DNA of 64,000 bases from an uncultured Bacteroidota bacterium (GTDB taxonomy: Bacteria; Bacteroidota; Bacteroidia; Bacteroidales; VadinHA17). The position numbers and the translations under genes were made by a program. Positions 54,357-64,000 of the stretch are shown here, piece by piece (the stretch's first letter is position 1; each line of letters starts with the position of its first letter). Location: assembly GCA_963843415.1 (NCBI GenBank), contig CAWJKD010000005.1, positions 563,059 to 627,058 on the forward strand. The letters run 5' to 3'. The notes beneath the pieces are model-generated. The model saw nothing but the letters and a program-made list of their open reading frames with translations. It was not told the DNA's origin and did no database searches.

Positions 54357-56354
54357 ATGAAAAAAATCTTTATATACATCCTGTTAATCAGCCTTTTTCT
54401 TTATATCTCTCCGGTAATTGTCAAAGGGGACGTTAAGCTTCCGGGTCTTATAAGTGATGGTATGGTGCTGCAGAGAGACACGAAATTAAATATCTGGGGA
54501 TGGGCATCTAAGGGTGAAAGAGTTACAGTAAAATTCAATAACAAATCCTACAGGACCAAAGCGGACACTGATGGGAAATGGAAAGTGGTCTTGCCTTCAA
54601 TGAAAGCAGGCGGGCCATTTAAAATGGTAATAACAGGAAAAAATTCAATTACGATAAACGATATACTTATTGGTGATGTGTGGTTCTGTTCGGGTCAGTC
54701 CAACATGGTTCTGAACATGGAGAGAGTCAAGGAAAGGTATCCGGTTGATATTGCCAATGCCAGTTTTCCTGAAATAAGAAATTTTTTCATACCAACATCA
54801 TCTGATGTAACTTCAATACACGAAGATCTGCCGCCAGGTAAATGGATCTCTGCCTCTCCTCAGAATGTCCTTGGTTTCGGAGCGTTGACCTATTTTTTTG
54901 CACGAAGTATCCACCAGGAGTACAATATACCAATCGGAATAATTAATTCCAGTGTTGGAGGAACTCCCATCCAGGCATGGATAAGTGAGGAGGGACTGAA
55001 AGAAATTCCGCAATATGCAAGCAGAGTAGACAGTTTCAAAGATACAGCATTTATGAATCCTGTACTCAGATCTGCAACCAGGAGAATTCCGAATGAAAGC
55101 CCGGCTTCTCCGGTTGCCCCGAGGATAACAGATAAAGGTACGAGTGGTCCGCTACCCTGGTACGATATAAAATATAAACCGGAAGACTGGCATAAGTTCT
55201 GGCTTCCGGGATATTGGGAAGATCAGGGTGTAAAAGGACTTCATGGTGTTGTATGGTTCAGAAAAGAAGTCAATGTCCCTGAGTCGATGACAGGCAAACC
55301 TGCAAAATTATTCATGGGCAGGATAGTTGATGCTGATAATGTATATATAAACGGAGTCCTCTCAGGATCAATTACATACCAATATCCTCCGCGCAGGTAT
55401 GACCTGCCTTCCGGTTTATTAAAACAAGGGAAAAACATTATTGTTGTAAGAGTGACCAACACCTCCGGGAAAGGAGGATTTGTACCCGATAAGCCCTATT
55501 ACCTCGTTGCAGGGAATGATAGTATCGATCTCCGGGGAGAATGGCGTTACAAAGTCGGTCAGGTTCAAAGACCTTTTGTTTTCGAACCCGCGGCAGGACA
55601 GGGTCAGGACCGGGGAACAACACCTCTGTCAATGCAGAATGAACCCACCGGACTCTATAATACAATGGTAGCTCCTGCTATCTCATACCCGATAAAGGGA
55701 ATGATATGGTATCAGGGCGAAACTAATGCCGGCAGGCCTCAGGAGTATAATCAACTGCTTACATCACTTATTAATGACTGGAGAAATAAATGGCAGTTGG
55801 GAAATCTCCCTTTCCTTTTTGTGCAGTTACCTAATTATATGGAAGTCCAGTATCTTCCTTCTGAAAGTCAGTGGGCTGAATTAAGGTTTGGTCAGTTTAA
55901 GTCATTGTCTGTCCCCAACACAGCTATGGCTGTTACAATTGATGTTGGTGAATGGAATGATATACACCCTCTTGAGAAGAAGAGAGTTGGAGAAAGGTTA
56001 TCCCTTGCTGCAGGAAAATTAGCATATGGTAATGAAAAAATAGTTTATTCAGGTCCTTTGTTTAAATCGGCAGTTAAAGAGGGCGATAAAATTATTATTG
56101 AGTTTGACCATACGGGCAGTGGCCTGATTGTAAGGGGTGGCGGTGAGTTAAACCATTTTGCTGTTGCCGGTGCGAATAAAAGATTTGTCTGGGCTGATGC
56201 TACCATAGAAAACAACCATGTAGTTGTGAGGAGCGATGAAGTCAAAGATCCACTGTTCGTACGATATGCCTGGGCTGATAATCCCGAAAGTGCAAACCTT
56301 TATAATGTCGAAGATCTGCCTGCTTCTCCTTTTGAATATAATTTTAACAAATAG
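54357..56354 (+). CDS. sialate O-acetylesterase-like (SGNH/DUF303) carbohydrate esterase
   Basis: 665 aa. Signal peptide, GDVWFCSGQSNM and later WYQGE.N. Confidence 0.7.
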   Translation: MKKIFIYILLISLFLYISPVIVKGDVKLPGLISDGMVLQRDTKLNIWGWASKGERVTVKFNNKSYRTKADTDGKWKVVLPSMKAGGPFKMVITGKNSITINDILIGDVWFCSGQSNMVLNMERVKERYPVDIANASFPEIRNFFIPTSSDVTSIHEDLPPGKWISASPQNVLGFGALTYFFARSIHQEYNIPIGIINSSVGGTPIQAWISEEGLKEIPQYASRVDSFKDTAFMNPVLRSATRRIPNESPASPVAPRITDKGTSGPLPWYDIKYKPEDWHKFWLPGYWEDQGVKGLHGVVWFRKEVNVPESMTGKPAKLFMGRIVDADNVYINGVLSGSITYQYPPRRYDLPSGLLKQGKNIIVVRVTNTSGKGGFVPDKPYYLVAGNDSIDLRGEWRYKVGQVQRPFVFEPAAGQGQDRGTTPLSMQNEPTGLYNTMVAPAISYPIKGMIWYQGETNAGRPQEYNQLLTSLINDWRNKWQLGNLPFLFVQLPNYMEVQYLPSESQWAELRFGQFKSLSVPNTAMAVTIDVGEWNDIHPLEKKRVGERLSLAAGKLAYGNEKIVYSGPLFKSAVKEGDKIIIEFDHTGSGLIVRGGGELNHFAVAGANKRFVWADATIENNHVVVRSDEVKDPLFVRYAWADNPESANLYNVEDLPASPFEYNFNK

Positions 56355-56380
56355 AATTTCTAAACTTAAATTCGAAACAA

Positions 56381-57949
56381 ATGAAAAGACTATTATTGCT
56401 ATTACTGGTTGTTATTTCCGGACAACTGGTTGCTCAGAAACCGACAGTGACTTCAGGACAATCACTTGAGCCTGTTACGTTTACAACCCAGCAGGACCAT
56501 CAGAATATGATGGATCAACTTGGGATTAAAAGTGTCCGTCCGGGACCCAGCGGAAATGAATCCGCACCTAATCACGCCAATTATGATGAATCGGTTGCAA
56601 CTCCATATCCGGATCTTCCTGACCTGTTAACCCTGAAAAACGGTAAGAAAGTCACTACTGCAGAAGTGTGGTGGAAACAACGCCGGCCGGAGATAGTGGA
56701 AGATATGGAAAGAGAAATTTACGGACGTCTGCCAAAAAACATTCCGGCAGTTAAGTGGACCGTAGATATCTCAGAAAGGGAGATGATCGGTTTTACACCT
56801 GTTATTGCCAAGAAGCTGACCGGACATGTAGATAATTCAGCATGTCCTTCGATTAAAGTAAATATTGAAATGGTACTTGTAACACCTGCAAATGCCACTG
56901 GTCCTGTTCCCGTACTCATGATGTTTGGAGGCGCAAATTTGCCAGCTCCGGCTCAGCCAAACCAGGAAGAGCTTGCAGTCATTAATGGTGCATTGAGAAA
57001 GATGCTCTCAGAACAAGACCCCGCTGTAAAAGCAATATTTGATAAGTATCTTGCATATACTCCAATCACTCGTGCAACATCTGCCTCACCTTTTGGCGCG
57101 ATGGGTCCGCAGGCTGATCCGAATGCCGATCCTCCTTCAACACAGCAGCTTCTTAATGCCGGCTGGGGTTATGCAACGATCAATCCCGGGAGCATCCAGG
57201 CTGACAATGGCGCTGGTCTGACAAGAGGTATTATCGGTCTGGTAAACAAGGGTCAACCAAGGAAACCTGATGACTGGGGTTCTCTCAGAGCATGGGCATG
57301 GGGTGCAGCTCGCGGACTTGATTATCTTGAAACAGATCCTGCTGTTAACGCAAAAAAAGTTGGGATAGAAGGTGTCTCACGTTATGGCAAAGCAGCTCTT
57401 GTTACACTCGCTTTTGAAGAGCGTTTTGCTATGGCTCTTGTAGGTTCTTCAGGAAAGGGAGGAGCTACTCTTCATCGTCGTAATTACGGAGAAGCAGTCG
57501 AAAGTCTTACAGCCAGTGGTGAATATCACTGGATGGCCGGTAATTACATTAAATATGGTGCTGCTGAGGCTAAAACAGGACCCGGAAATGCAGGTCAGAT
57601 GCCGGTCGATTCACATAGCCTTATTGCTATGTGTGCTCCAAGATTTACTTTTATCAGTTATGGCATTCCTGAAAAGGGTGATGCAAACTGGCTCGATCAG
57701 AAAGGCAGTTATATGGCAACTGTTGCCGCCGGTACGGTCTTTAAACTACTCGGCGCAAAAGACCTGGGGGTATCCAACGATTACAAAAAAGAAGTTAAAC
57801 CTCCTGTCAATACGGGTTTGCTTGATGGTCAGCTTGCATGGCGCCAGCACGATGGAGGACATACCGATGGTCCGAATATGAAGTACTTTATCGAATGGGC
57901 TAATAAACTTATTGGTCATACACCTCCCCAGGTACAGGGAAGAAGATAA
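56381..57949 (+). CDS. putative glucuronoyl esterase (CE15-like)
   Basis: 522 aa. Signal peptide and GVSRYGKAAL, which resembles the CE15 G-C-S-R-x-G nucleophile motif. HDGGH lies near the C-terminus. Confidence 0.5.
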   Translation: MKRLLLLLLVVISGQLVAQKPTVTSGQSLEPVTFTTQQDHQNMMDQLGIKSVRPGPSGNESAPNHANYDESVATPYPDLPDLLTLKNGKKVTTAEVWWKQRRPEIVEDMEREIYGRLPKNIPAVKWTVDISEREMIGFTPVIAKKLTGHVDNSACPSIKVNIEMVLVTPANATGPVPVLMMFGGANLPAPAQPNQEELAVINGALRKMLSEQDPAVKAIFDKYLAYTPITRATSASPFGAMGPQADPNADPPSTQQLLNAGWGYATINPGSIQADNGAGLTRGIIGLVNKGQPRKPDDWGSLRAWAWGAARGLDYLETDPAVNAKKVGIEGVSRYGKAALVTLAFEERFAMALVGSSGKGGATLHRRNYGEAVESLTASGEYHWMAGNYIKYGAAEAKTGPGNAGQMPVDSHSLIAMCAPRFTFISYGIPEKGDANWLDQKGSYMATVAAGTVFKLLGAKDLGVSNDYKKEVKPPVNTGLLDGQLAWRQHDGGHTDGPNMKYFIEWANKLIGHTPPQVQGRR

Positions 57950-58054
57950 TAGGTTCCTCTGCATTTTGAGCTGGGGGTCGGGATTACAATCCTGATCGAT
58001 TTGTAACAAAAACTTAACACATTATGATATTGTTATATCATAAGAGTAGGTAAT

Positions 58055-58085
58055 TTTGTGCCATTCAATTAGGGTTATATATTTG
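58055..58085 (+). promoter_or_regulatory. candidate Bacteroidota sigma-A promoter for pit
   Basis: TTTG (58055-58058), a 19-nt spacer, then TATATTTG (58078-58085). This matches TTTG-N19-21-TAnnTTTG and lies 70 nt upstream of the ATG. Confidence 0.4.
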
Positions 58086-58154
58086 TATTTGTAACATTAT
58101 AAGAGATTTACAGAACTTCCTGATATCCACTTACAGAGTCTTACCTGCAACCGA

Positions 58155-59144
58155 ATGACATTCCTTTATATAGTAATTACACTTGTCCTGATCTTCGACT
58201 TCATAAACGGATTTCACGACTCAGCAAACTCAATAGCAACTGTTGTTTCAACGAAAGTCCTGTCACCAATTGCAGCGGTAGGTCTTGCGGCAACTTTTAA
58301 TTTTCTGGCGTTCGTGATCTTCCCGTTGAATGTTGCAACTACCATAGGGAAAGGTGTCATCCATACTGATATAGTTACTCTTCAATTGATTGCTTCAGCT
58401 GTAATTGCTGCAATTATCTGGAACCTGATCACCTGGTATCTTGGTCTTCCATCAAGTTCTTCCCATACACTTGTCGGGGGCCTGGTCGGAGCAGCAATAG
58501 CAGGTAATGGCCTGTCCTCAGTAGTATATGGGGGTGTCATTAAGATTGCGATTTTCATTGTTGTCGCTCCGCTTTTGGGGATGATCATGTCATACATTAT
58601 CTCGGTGATTGTGTTACATATTGTGAAAAAAAAGACACCTTCAAGTGTCGACAAATGGTTTCGCAGGCTGCAGCTTCTGTCTGCATCGTTGTTCAGCCTT
58701 GGCCATGGTGGCAATGATGCGCAAAAATCGATGGGTATAATATGGGTTGCATTAATAGCTGTGGGTAAGGTTCCCAGTGAGTCTAACGATATTCATTTGT
58801 GGATAGTCTTGTCATGCCACGCAGCTATTGCTCTGGGTACTCTTTTCGGAGGATGGAGAATTGTCAAGACTATGGGTCAGAAAATTACTAAATTAAAACC
58901 GTTTGAAGGGTTTTGTGCTGAAACAGCCGGTGCGCTTACCCTGTTTGGCGCCACACATTTCGGCATCCCGGTAAGCACCACTCATACTATTACAGGTGCA
59001 ATAATGGGCGTTGGAGCCACCAAGAGACTTTCTGCCGTCAAGTGGGGTGTCACTCAGAATATATTCTGGGCATGGATACTGACAATCCCTGTATCAGCAA
59101 TAATTGGAGCTTTCATGTTTCTGATCTTCAGCTTTGTAATGTAA
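58155..59144 (+). CDS. pit: inorganic phosphate transporter, PiT family
   Basis: 329 aa. NGFHDSANSIAT and GGNDAQK signatures, multi-TM. Confidence 0.85.
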   Translation: MTFLYIVITLVLIFDFINGFHDSANSIATVVSTKVLSPIAAVGLAATFNFLAFVIFPLNVATTIGKGVIHTDIVTLQLIASAVIAAIIWNLITWYLGLPSSSSHTLVGGLVGAAIAGNGLSSVVYGGVIKIAIFIVVAPLLGMIMSYIISVIVLHIVKKKTPSSVDKWFRRLQLLSASLFSLGHGGNDAQKSMGIIWVALIAVGKVPSESNDIHLWIVLSCHAAIALGTLFGGWRIVKTMGQKITKLKPFEGFCAETAGALTLFGATHFGIPVSTTHTITGAIMGVGATKRLSAVKWGVTQNIFWAWILTIPVSAIIGAFMFLIFSFVM

Positions 59145-59179
59145 CTGACTGACTGGATCACTAAACAATTTTACTATCA

Positions 59180-60934
59180 TTACTTTGGAAGTGAAAACAG
59201 AAATTCAGTTCCACCGCCTGCCTTGTTCCTGACCAGGATCTCACCCTTATGCAGCAGAATTGCGTTTTTAACTATTGCAAGGCCAAGTCCTGTCCCTCCG
59301 CTTTTACGCGACCTGCCCGAATCGACCCGGTAAAAACGTTCAAAAACCCGTCCCATATGTTCCTGTGGAATTCCAATACCATTATCGGAAAATGAGAAGT
59401 AATAAAATCTTTTATCCTCATTATAAAGCAGAATATTTATGATAGTATTTTCTCCGGCATAATTAATTGAATTCTCAATAAGATTCTGGAATATTGATAA
59501 AATAAGAGATTTGTTACCCTTAACAACAACATTATCTTCAATATCTTCATTAACCTTCATATTCCTTGATTCAATCGCGGATTTGAAATTATCCCTTACC
59601 TCCCTGATTATCTTCTTTATTTTGACTTTTTCAGGTAAAAATGAGGCCCCTGCCTCTTCAATTTTATTGAGCACCGAAATATCATTTATCAGGTCGGTAA
59701 GCCTGTCGGTCTGAGCCATTGCTTTTCCCAGAAAGTATTTCTGTTTTTTCTGCTCAATATCCTTATCGTTCATAAGTGTCTCAATATAACCCTTAATTGA
59801 AGCAACAGGTGTTTTTAACTCATGTGCAATATTTGATGTCATCTGCTGCTTGATAAGTTTGTTCTTCCCTATTTTTGTAACATCGCTCAGAATCACTTCA
59901 AAACTCCTGTCATTGAAAATCACACATTGGATCCTGAAAAATCTGCCATCTTTGCTTACCTGGTATTCCATCATCGGAAGATCTTTCCGGGATGTTGCAA
60001 TACCGGAATTTTTGTCAACAAAGTCGTTAATCTCATTAAATTCAGGTATCTCGAAAAAATTAGATGAAAATATCTTCAGATCACCCGAGATCATATTCAT
60101 GAACTGAATGAAATGATCGTTATTGAAACTGATCTTTTTATCGGGTGAGAAAAATGCAATCCCTTCATTCAGGGCATTCAGATGGCTGAAGAGTTTACCC
60201 TTTTCGTTTACAAGGTCGTTCTTCGCCGATAGCAGGTTATTATAAATATCAAGAATTCTGGATCCGATTATGCCCAGTTCATTTTTAGGAAATTCCGATT
60301 CAAACGGTTCATTATGAGTCACGTTTATTGCGAAATCCTTAAGACGTGTAACGGATTCACCGAACTTGTTTGTAACAAGAAATATTACCGCACCTATAAT
60401 AATGAAGAATAATAGCAGGATCAACAGAAACCGGAGATTGGCTTTTAAAAAGTTGGCAACATTTATATCATAAATTAAGGCACTCCTTATAAAATATCTG
60501 TCATAACGCTTTGAAAAATAGTAAAACTTCTGGCCTGTAGTTTCGGATTGCCTGACAGCAGTCCCGAAGTCGGATCTTTCTGATTCAATTATTTCGGGTC
60601 TTGATCTATGATTCCCCATGCTTCCGTATTCATGCACAGAGCTGTCATACAGTACGTTACCTGATGTGTCGATAATTGAAATTCGCAGATTGGACTGAGG
60701 CAGTAATCTGTTCAGAGAATCTATCAGGTGATAATTGCCGGTCTGGTAAATTGAATTAATGTTTACATAGTTGTCAACTATCCTTGTGATGTTGTACAAT
60801 TCATCATTTAAAGTCGAGATCCTGTATTCTTTTTCACGCCTGAACAAATAGGTAATAATAAGCAGGGCAACAATTAAAAAGATTGCTGAGTAGAAGAAGA
60901 GCAGGTTATTCCTGAATTTATTTTTCGAAAACAT
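59180..60934 (-). CDS. sensor histidine kinase (PhoR-like)
   Basis: 584 aa. Two TM helices flank a periplasmic domain. H-box [11 protein letters not shown]-box, and G-box [10 protein letters not shown]. Confidence 0.85.
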   Translation of the reverse strand: MFSKNKFRNNLLFFYSAIFLIVALLIITYLFRREKEYRISTLNDELYNITRIVDNYVNINSIYQTGNYHLIDSLNRLLPQSNLRISIIDTSGNVLYDSSVHEYGSMGNHRSRPEIIESERSDFGTAVRQSETTGQKFYYFSKRYDRYFIRSALIYDINVANFLKANLRFLLILLLFFIIIGAVIFLVTNKFGESVTRLKDFAINVTHNEPFESEFPKNELGIIGSRILDIYNNLLSAKNDLVNEKGKLFSHLNALNEGIAFFSPDKKISFNNDHFIQFMNMISGDLKIFSSNFFEIPEFNEINDFVDKNSGIATSRKDLPMMEYQVSKDGRFFRIQCVIFNDRSFEVILSDVTKIGKNKLIKQQMTSNIAHELKTPVASIKGYIETLMNDKDIEQKKQKYFLGKAMAQTDRLTDLINDISVLNKIEEAGASFLPEKVKIKKIIREVRDNFKSAIESRNMKVNEDIEDNVVVKGNKSLILSIFQNLIENSINYAGENTIINILLYNEDKRFYYFSFSDNGIGIPQEHMGRVFERFYRVDSGRSRKSGGTGLGLAIVKNAILLHKGEILVRNKAGGGTEFLFSLPK

Positions 60935-60951
60935 TCCCTTTAACTCCCGGA

Positions 60952-61638
60952 TTACAATTCAAAATAGTAACCATACCCGGATTTATTTTTCAGGTTTGGT
61001 CCGTAGCGCCCCAGCTTAGTCCTTAAACGGGTTACATTGACATCAACAGTTCTGTCTGTGACAATAACTTCATTACCCCATACTTTTTCCAGAATATCTT
61101 CCCTTGAGAATACTTTAGTCTGGTTTTCAAGAAGTAGTTTCAGTATCTCAAATTCCTTTTTAGTAAGCTCTATCTTTTCATCATTAACTACAAGTCTCTT
61201 TCTTGTTGTGTCAAGCTCAATATCTCCGATTTTAATAATTGACTGACTCTTTCCTTTTTCTTTCAACGACCGTTTTAGCACCGCTCTGACTCTTGCTGTT
61301 AATTCATTAACAGAAAAAGGTTTGGCTATGTAGTCATCAGCTCCGAGGCTGAAACCTGTAAGGACGTCATTTTCAGTGTCTTTTGCTGTCAGGAATATTA
61401 TCGGGACATTTATCTCCATATCATTCCGAAGCTTGTCAGCGAATCTGAAACCCGACATAGGACCCATCATGACATCAAGAAGGATAAGGTCAAAACCATT
61501 GATCTGCTTTTTTGCAGCCTCTTCAGCTGAATGGGCAACTTCGGTTATATATCCTGCATTACCCAGGTTATACTGGAGAATTTCACAGAGATCCTCTTCA
61601 TCATCAACTATCAGGATTCTCTTTTTCTTTTGGTCCAT
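60952..61638 (-). CDS. OmpR/PhoB-family response regulator
   Basis: 228 aa. [16 protein letters not shown]-like acceptor (LILLDVMMG), and a winged-helix C-terminus (...YGYYFEL). Confidence 0.9.
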   Translation of the reverse strand: MDQKKKRILIVDDEEDLCEILQYNLGNAGYITEVAHSAEEAAKKQINGFDLILLDVMMGPMSGFRFADKLRNDMEINVPIIFLTAKDTENDVLTGFSLGADDYIAKPFSVNELTARVRAVLKRSLKEKGKSQSIIKIGDIELDTTRKRLVVNDEKIELTKKEFEILKLLLENQTKVFSREDILEKVWGNEVIVTDRTVDVNVTRLRTKLGRYGPNLKNKSGYGYYFEL

Positions 61639-61763
61639 AACTTCAACATTACTAAATAACTGGAATTAGTTTTGAAAACTACAGGTTTTGTAAAGCTAAG
61701 CTAATTTCATATTTATTACTTTTTAAAATATAATTTTCAGTAAATTAAATGCAAAATTCCAGC

Positions 61764-64000
61764 TTAAAACAGTGCATAACTCAGCTTTAAGTGGTAAGTG
61801 ATTCCCGGTTCAAGTTTCGTAAAAAACTGATCTGTGGGATTAAAAGATCTGAACACAGATTCTTTTTTGTCATTTATGATGTTATCTATTTTAAACCCGA
61901 TCTGCATCCTTTTTTGTTTTCCAAGCGTTTTGCTTGCATTGAAATTAAGGCTATGGAATGGTAAGGTATAGATATCCGGACGGTCGGCAATGCCAACATA
62001 CTGCAGGGTAGTTCCCTGTACGTTATAGTAAAGACCTGTCTCAAAACCTGACCAAAATCCATTTTCACCCCCCACATATGTTATACCGCTGTTTATTATC
62101 CAGGGAGCCTGGCCTGCCATTTCCCGATATTTTTCAATAGTCTGGCCGATCCGGGCATTTTCAATCCTCGAATAGTATTCTGTAAGGCTTAATTCAATTC
62201 TTGATCTTGTGAATGATATGTTGGATGTAATACTGAAATTCTTTAGTGATTCGGATATCTTTTCAAAGCTCTGGCGGAATTCAACTTCAATTCCGGTGAC
62301 CTTACCATTTCCTACGTTCCTTGGTTGAAAAGATCCGGTCTGGGTCGCATACTGAACAACTTCTATCGGACGGATGAAGTATTTATAAAATCCGCTGACC
62401 GACAACATCTGACCATTTTTCTGGAATAATTCCCATCTGAGATCAAGGTTATGTATATCAGAACTTTCAAGGTTACCGTTCCAGTACTCCTTTCCGGTTA
62501 CATCATCGGCATCCCTGAACATACCTCCAACGAATGTACGGCTGCTTATCGGATCAGCAATCTCGGCAAAAGACAACTCCTTGAATGAAGGCCGTGCTAT
62601 GGTTTTTGCATAAGATGCCCTGATATTCTGGTTAGCAGTTATCCCATATATGATATTGAACGACGGAAAAACTCCTATATCATCCATAACTTTATCATTA
62701 TCAAGGATTATTGTTCCTGACTGATTCCGGCCAGTATAACGTTGTGAATATTTCTCTACTCTTACACCGGCAATCAATCTCATCCCTTTAAAAAGGCTTA
62801 GTTCGGTTGACATATATCCGGCTCCATTATTTGAGTTTGCATTGAACTGGTTAGGATTAACCGGAACGAAGCCTGCCTCATAAGTAATCCCGCTCGAATA
62901 GCTGATACCATTAAGAGGCCAGAGATTTTCAGGTCGGAAAAGTTCATTGGGATCACCGGTAAGCGGAACATTCCTGACATTAAGCATGAATTTACGGATC
63001 ATAAAATCACGTTCTTTGTAACCATAGGAACCTCCAAAATTCAGTTTGGCATTTTCACCTCTGAATTTAAATCCCTTTGAAACATGAACTACTCCCATCA
63101 GGTTTATTTCCGATAGCTCCCTCCAGATCCTTTCGGGAAATCCCGATTCTGTATTTATCCTGAAATCTGCGTTATCGGTCACATACCTTACAAAACGGGC
63201 GTCAGGATCACTTATGGACGAGATAGTCGGAGACAATTTCCAGACTAAGTCCCACTTTGTCCTGTTAAAGGTATGTTTCCCGTCAATAAGAAGATTAGTA
63301 AGCGAGCGCTGACTGTACTCCAGATTGTGCTGAAAGCCTGAGAAATTGCTACCCTGATCAGATCCTATGTAATCGAAAATACCTGCTTTTGATTCGCCGT
63401 TCTGCAGATGCATCAGGTTAATCCGGTATTTTGAGTTCTGTGTCTTCACTGCAAACCCTGCAATTCCGCTAAGCATTACACTCCTGATCCCATAGTCGCC
63501 TTTCTGGAATTCCCGGACTTCGAGATCGATAATATCAGGATCACTGGAGAGTCCATATCGCCCGTATTCAGCATTCTGATAAAACTCATTATTGTTTTTA
63601 TATGAAAATCCAAAATTATACCCAAGGGCTACTTTTTTCAAAGGAATCTGATTACCGAAGGAAGCCCCTACGCTATAATCCATGAAACTTGTCTGTTTCA
63701 TTGCCGCCATTGTTGGATTAAAACTTTCAAGGATGTCCCTGTAACGCAATCCCTGTTCTCCTGTCGGATCGCCAATTACAGAAGCAAAAAACGGAAGGTC
63801 ACTGGTTGCGGGAATAGATCTTGTCCCATCATCAAAACCAAGGAAATCGGTTTTGCCTCCCTCGTATGCCAGAAAATCGCTTTTAAAATGAAAATCCGGA
63901 TTATAACTTGAACTGAAAGAAAGATTTCCTTTCTTCTGATCCGGAAAATCTTTGATCGCAATATCAATGACTCCTCCTGTGAAATCGGCAGGCAGCTCCG
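61764..64000 (-). CDS. TonB-dependent receptor (C-terminal ~745 aa; gene continues past the window end)
   Basis: The reading frame stays open upstream of the track start (63749 is an internal TTG) to position 63998 (ELPADFTGGVIDIAIKDF...). Beta-barrel repeats and a terminal aromatic residue (...LSYALF). Confidence 0.8.
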   Translation of the reverse strand, partial: ELPADFTGGVIDIAIKDFPDQKKGNLSFSSSYNPDFHFKSDFLAYEGGKTDFLGFDDGTRSIPATSDLPFFASVIGDPTGEQGLRYRDILESFNPTMAAMKQTSFMDYSVGASFGNQIPLKKVALGYNFGFSYKNNNEFYQNAEYGRYGLSSDPDIIDLEVREFQKGDYGIRSVMLSGIAGFAVKTQNSKYRINLMHLQNGESKAGIFDYIGSDQGSNFSGFQHNLEYSQRSLTNLLIDGKHTFNRTKWDLVWKLSPTISSISDPDARFVRYVTDNADFRINTESGFPERIWRELSEINLMGVVHVSKGFKFRGENAKLNFGGSYGYKERDFMIRKFMLNVRNVPLTGDPNELFRPENLWPLNGISYSSGITYEAGFVPVNPNQFNANSNNGAGYMSTELSLFKGMRLIAGVRVEKYSQRYTGRNQSGTIILDNDKVMDDIGVFPSFNIIYGITANQNIRASYAKTIARPSFKELSFAEIADPISSRTFVGGMFRDADDVTGKEYWNGNLESSDIHNLDLRWELFQKNGQMLSVSGFYKYFIRPIEVVQYATQTGSFQPRNVGNGKVTGIEVEFRQSFEKISESLKNFSITSNISFTRSRIELSLTEYYSRIENARIGQTIEKYREMAGQAPWIINSGITYVGGENGFWSGFETGLYYNVQGTTLQYVGIADRPDIYTLPFHSLNFNASKTLGKQKRMQIGFKIDNIINDKKESVFRSFNPTDQFFTKLEPGITYHLKLSYALF

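Overview
This is a densely packed 64-kb chromosomal window of about 60 CDSs. It appears to come from an AT-rich member of the Bacteroidota. Supporting features are T9SS parts (PorP/SprF, a type B C-terminal sorting domain, a DUF5103/plug-like protein), uppS-bamA-skp-skp-murI synteny, a fused E1 alpha/beta dehydrogenase, and a TTTG-N19-TAnnTTTG promoter-like motif. The organism is probably an anaerobe, given korAB, a tungsten-type aldehyde:ferredoxin oxidoreductase and futalosine-pathway menaquinone genes. I found no rRNA, tRNA, CRISPR array, transposase, integrase or phage gene, and most of the window is housekeeping.

Blocks in order:
- manA (partial), udk, pdxJ, nadK
- an envelope-biogenesis cluster
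- korAB followed by two giant paralogs of unknown function
- fabD, folE, queD
- mqnB, mqnD
- an ECF sigma / anti-sigma-like T9SS cargo / PorP cluster
- a tungsten-cofactor island (thiF/thiS-like, AOR, wtpABC, moeA, moaA, moaC, moaB)
- apbE, fused E1, holA, amn
- yedF, selD
- two carbohydrate esterases
- pit, a PhoR/PhoB-like pair and a partial TonB-dependent receptor

Best candidates for something undescribed:
1. The tandem 1148-aa and 989-aa proteins at 14903-21330. Each has a degenerate receiver, an intact receiver, a PEPS/PPDK-type ATP-grasp and an unassigned C-terminal module. They appear co-transcribed with korAB.
2. An ECF sigma factor followed by a protein that looks like both a single-pass anti-sigma factor and a T9SS type B cargo, followed by its PorP/SprF partner.
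3. A roughly 17-unit heptanucleotide array that begins inside the last codons of wtpC and fills the only large gap in the tungsten island. A smaller analogue sits at the mqnD stop codon.

All functional calls rest on motif-level recognition by eye. No searches were run.
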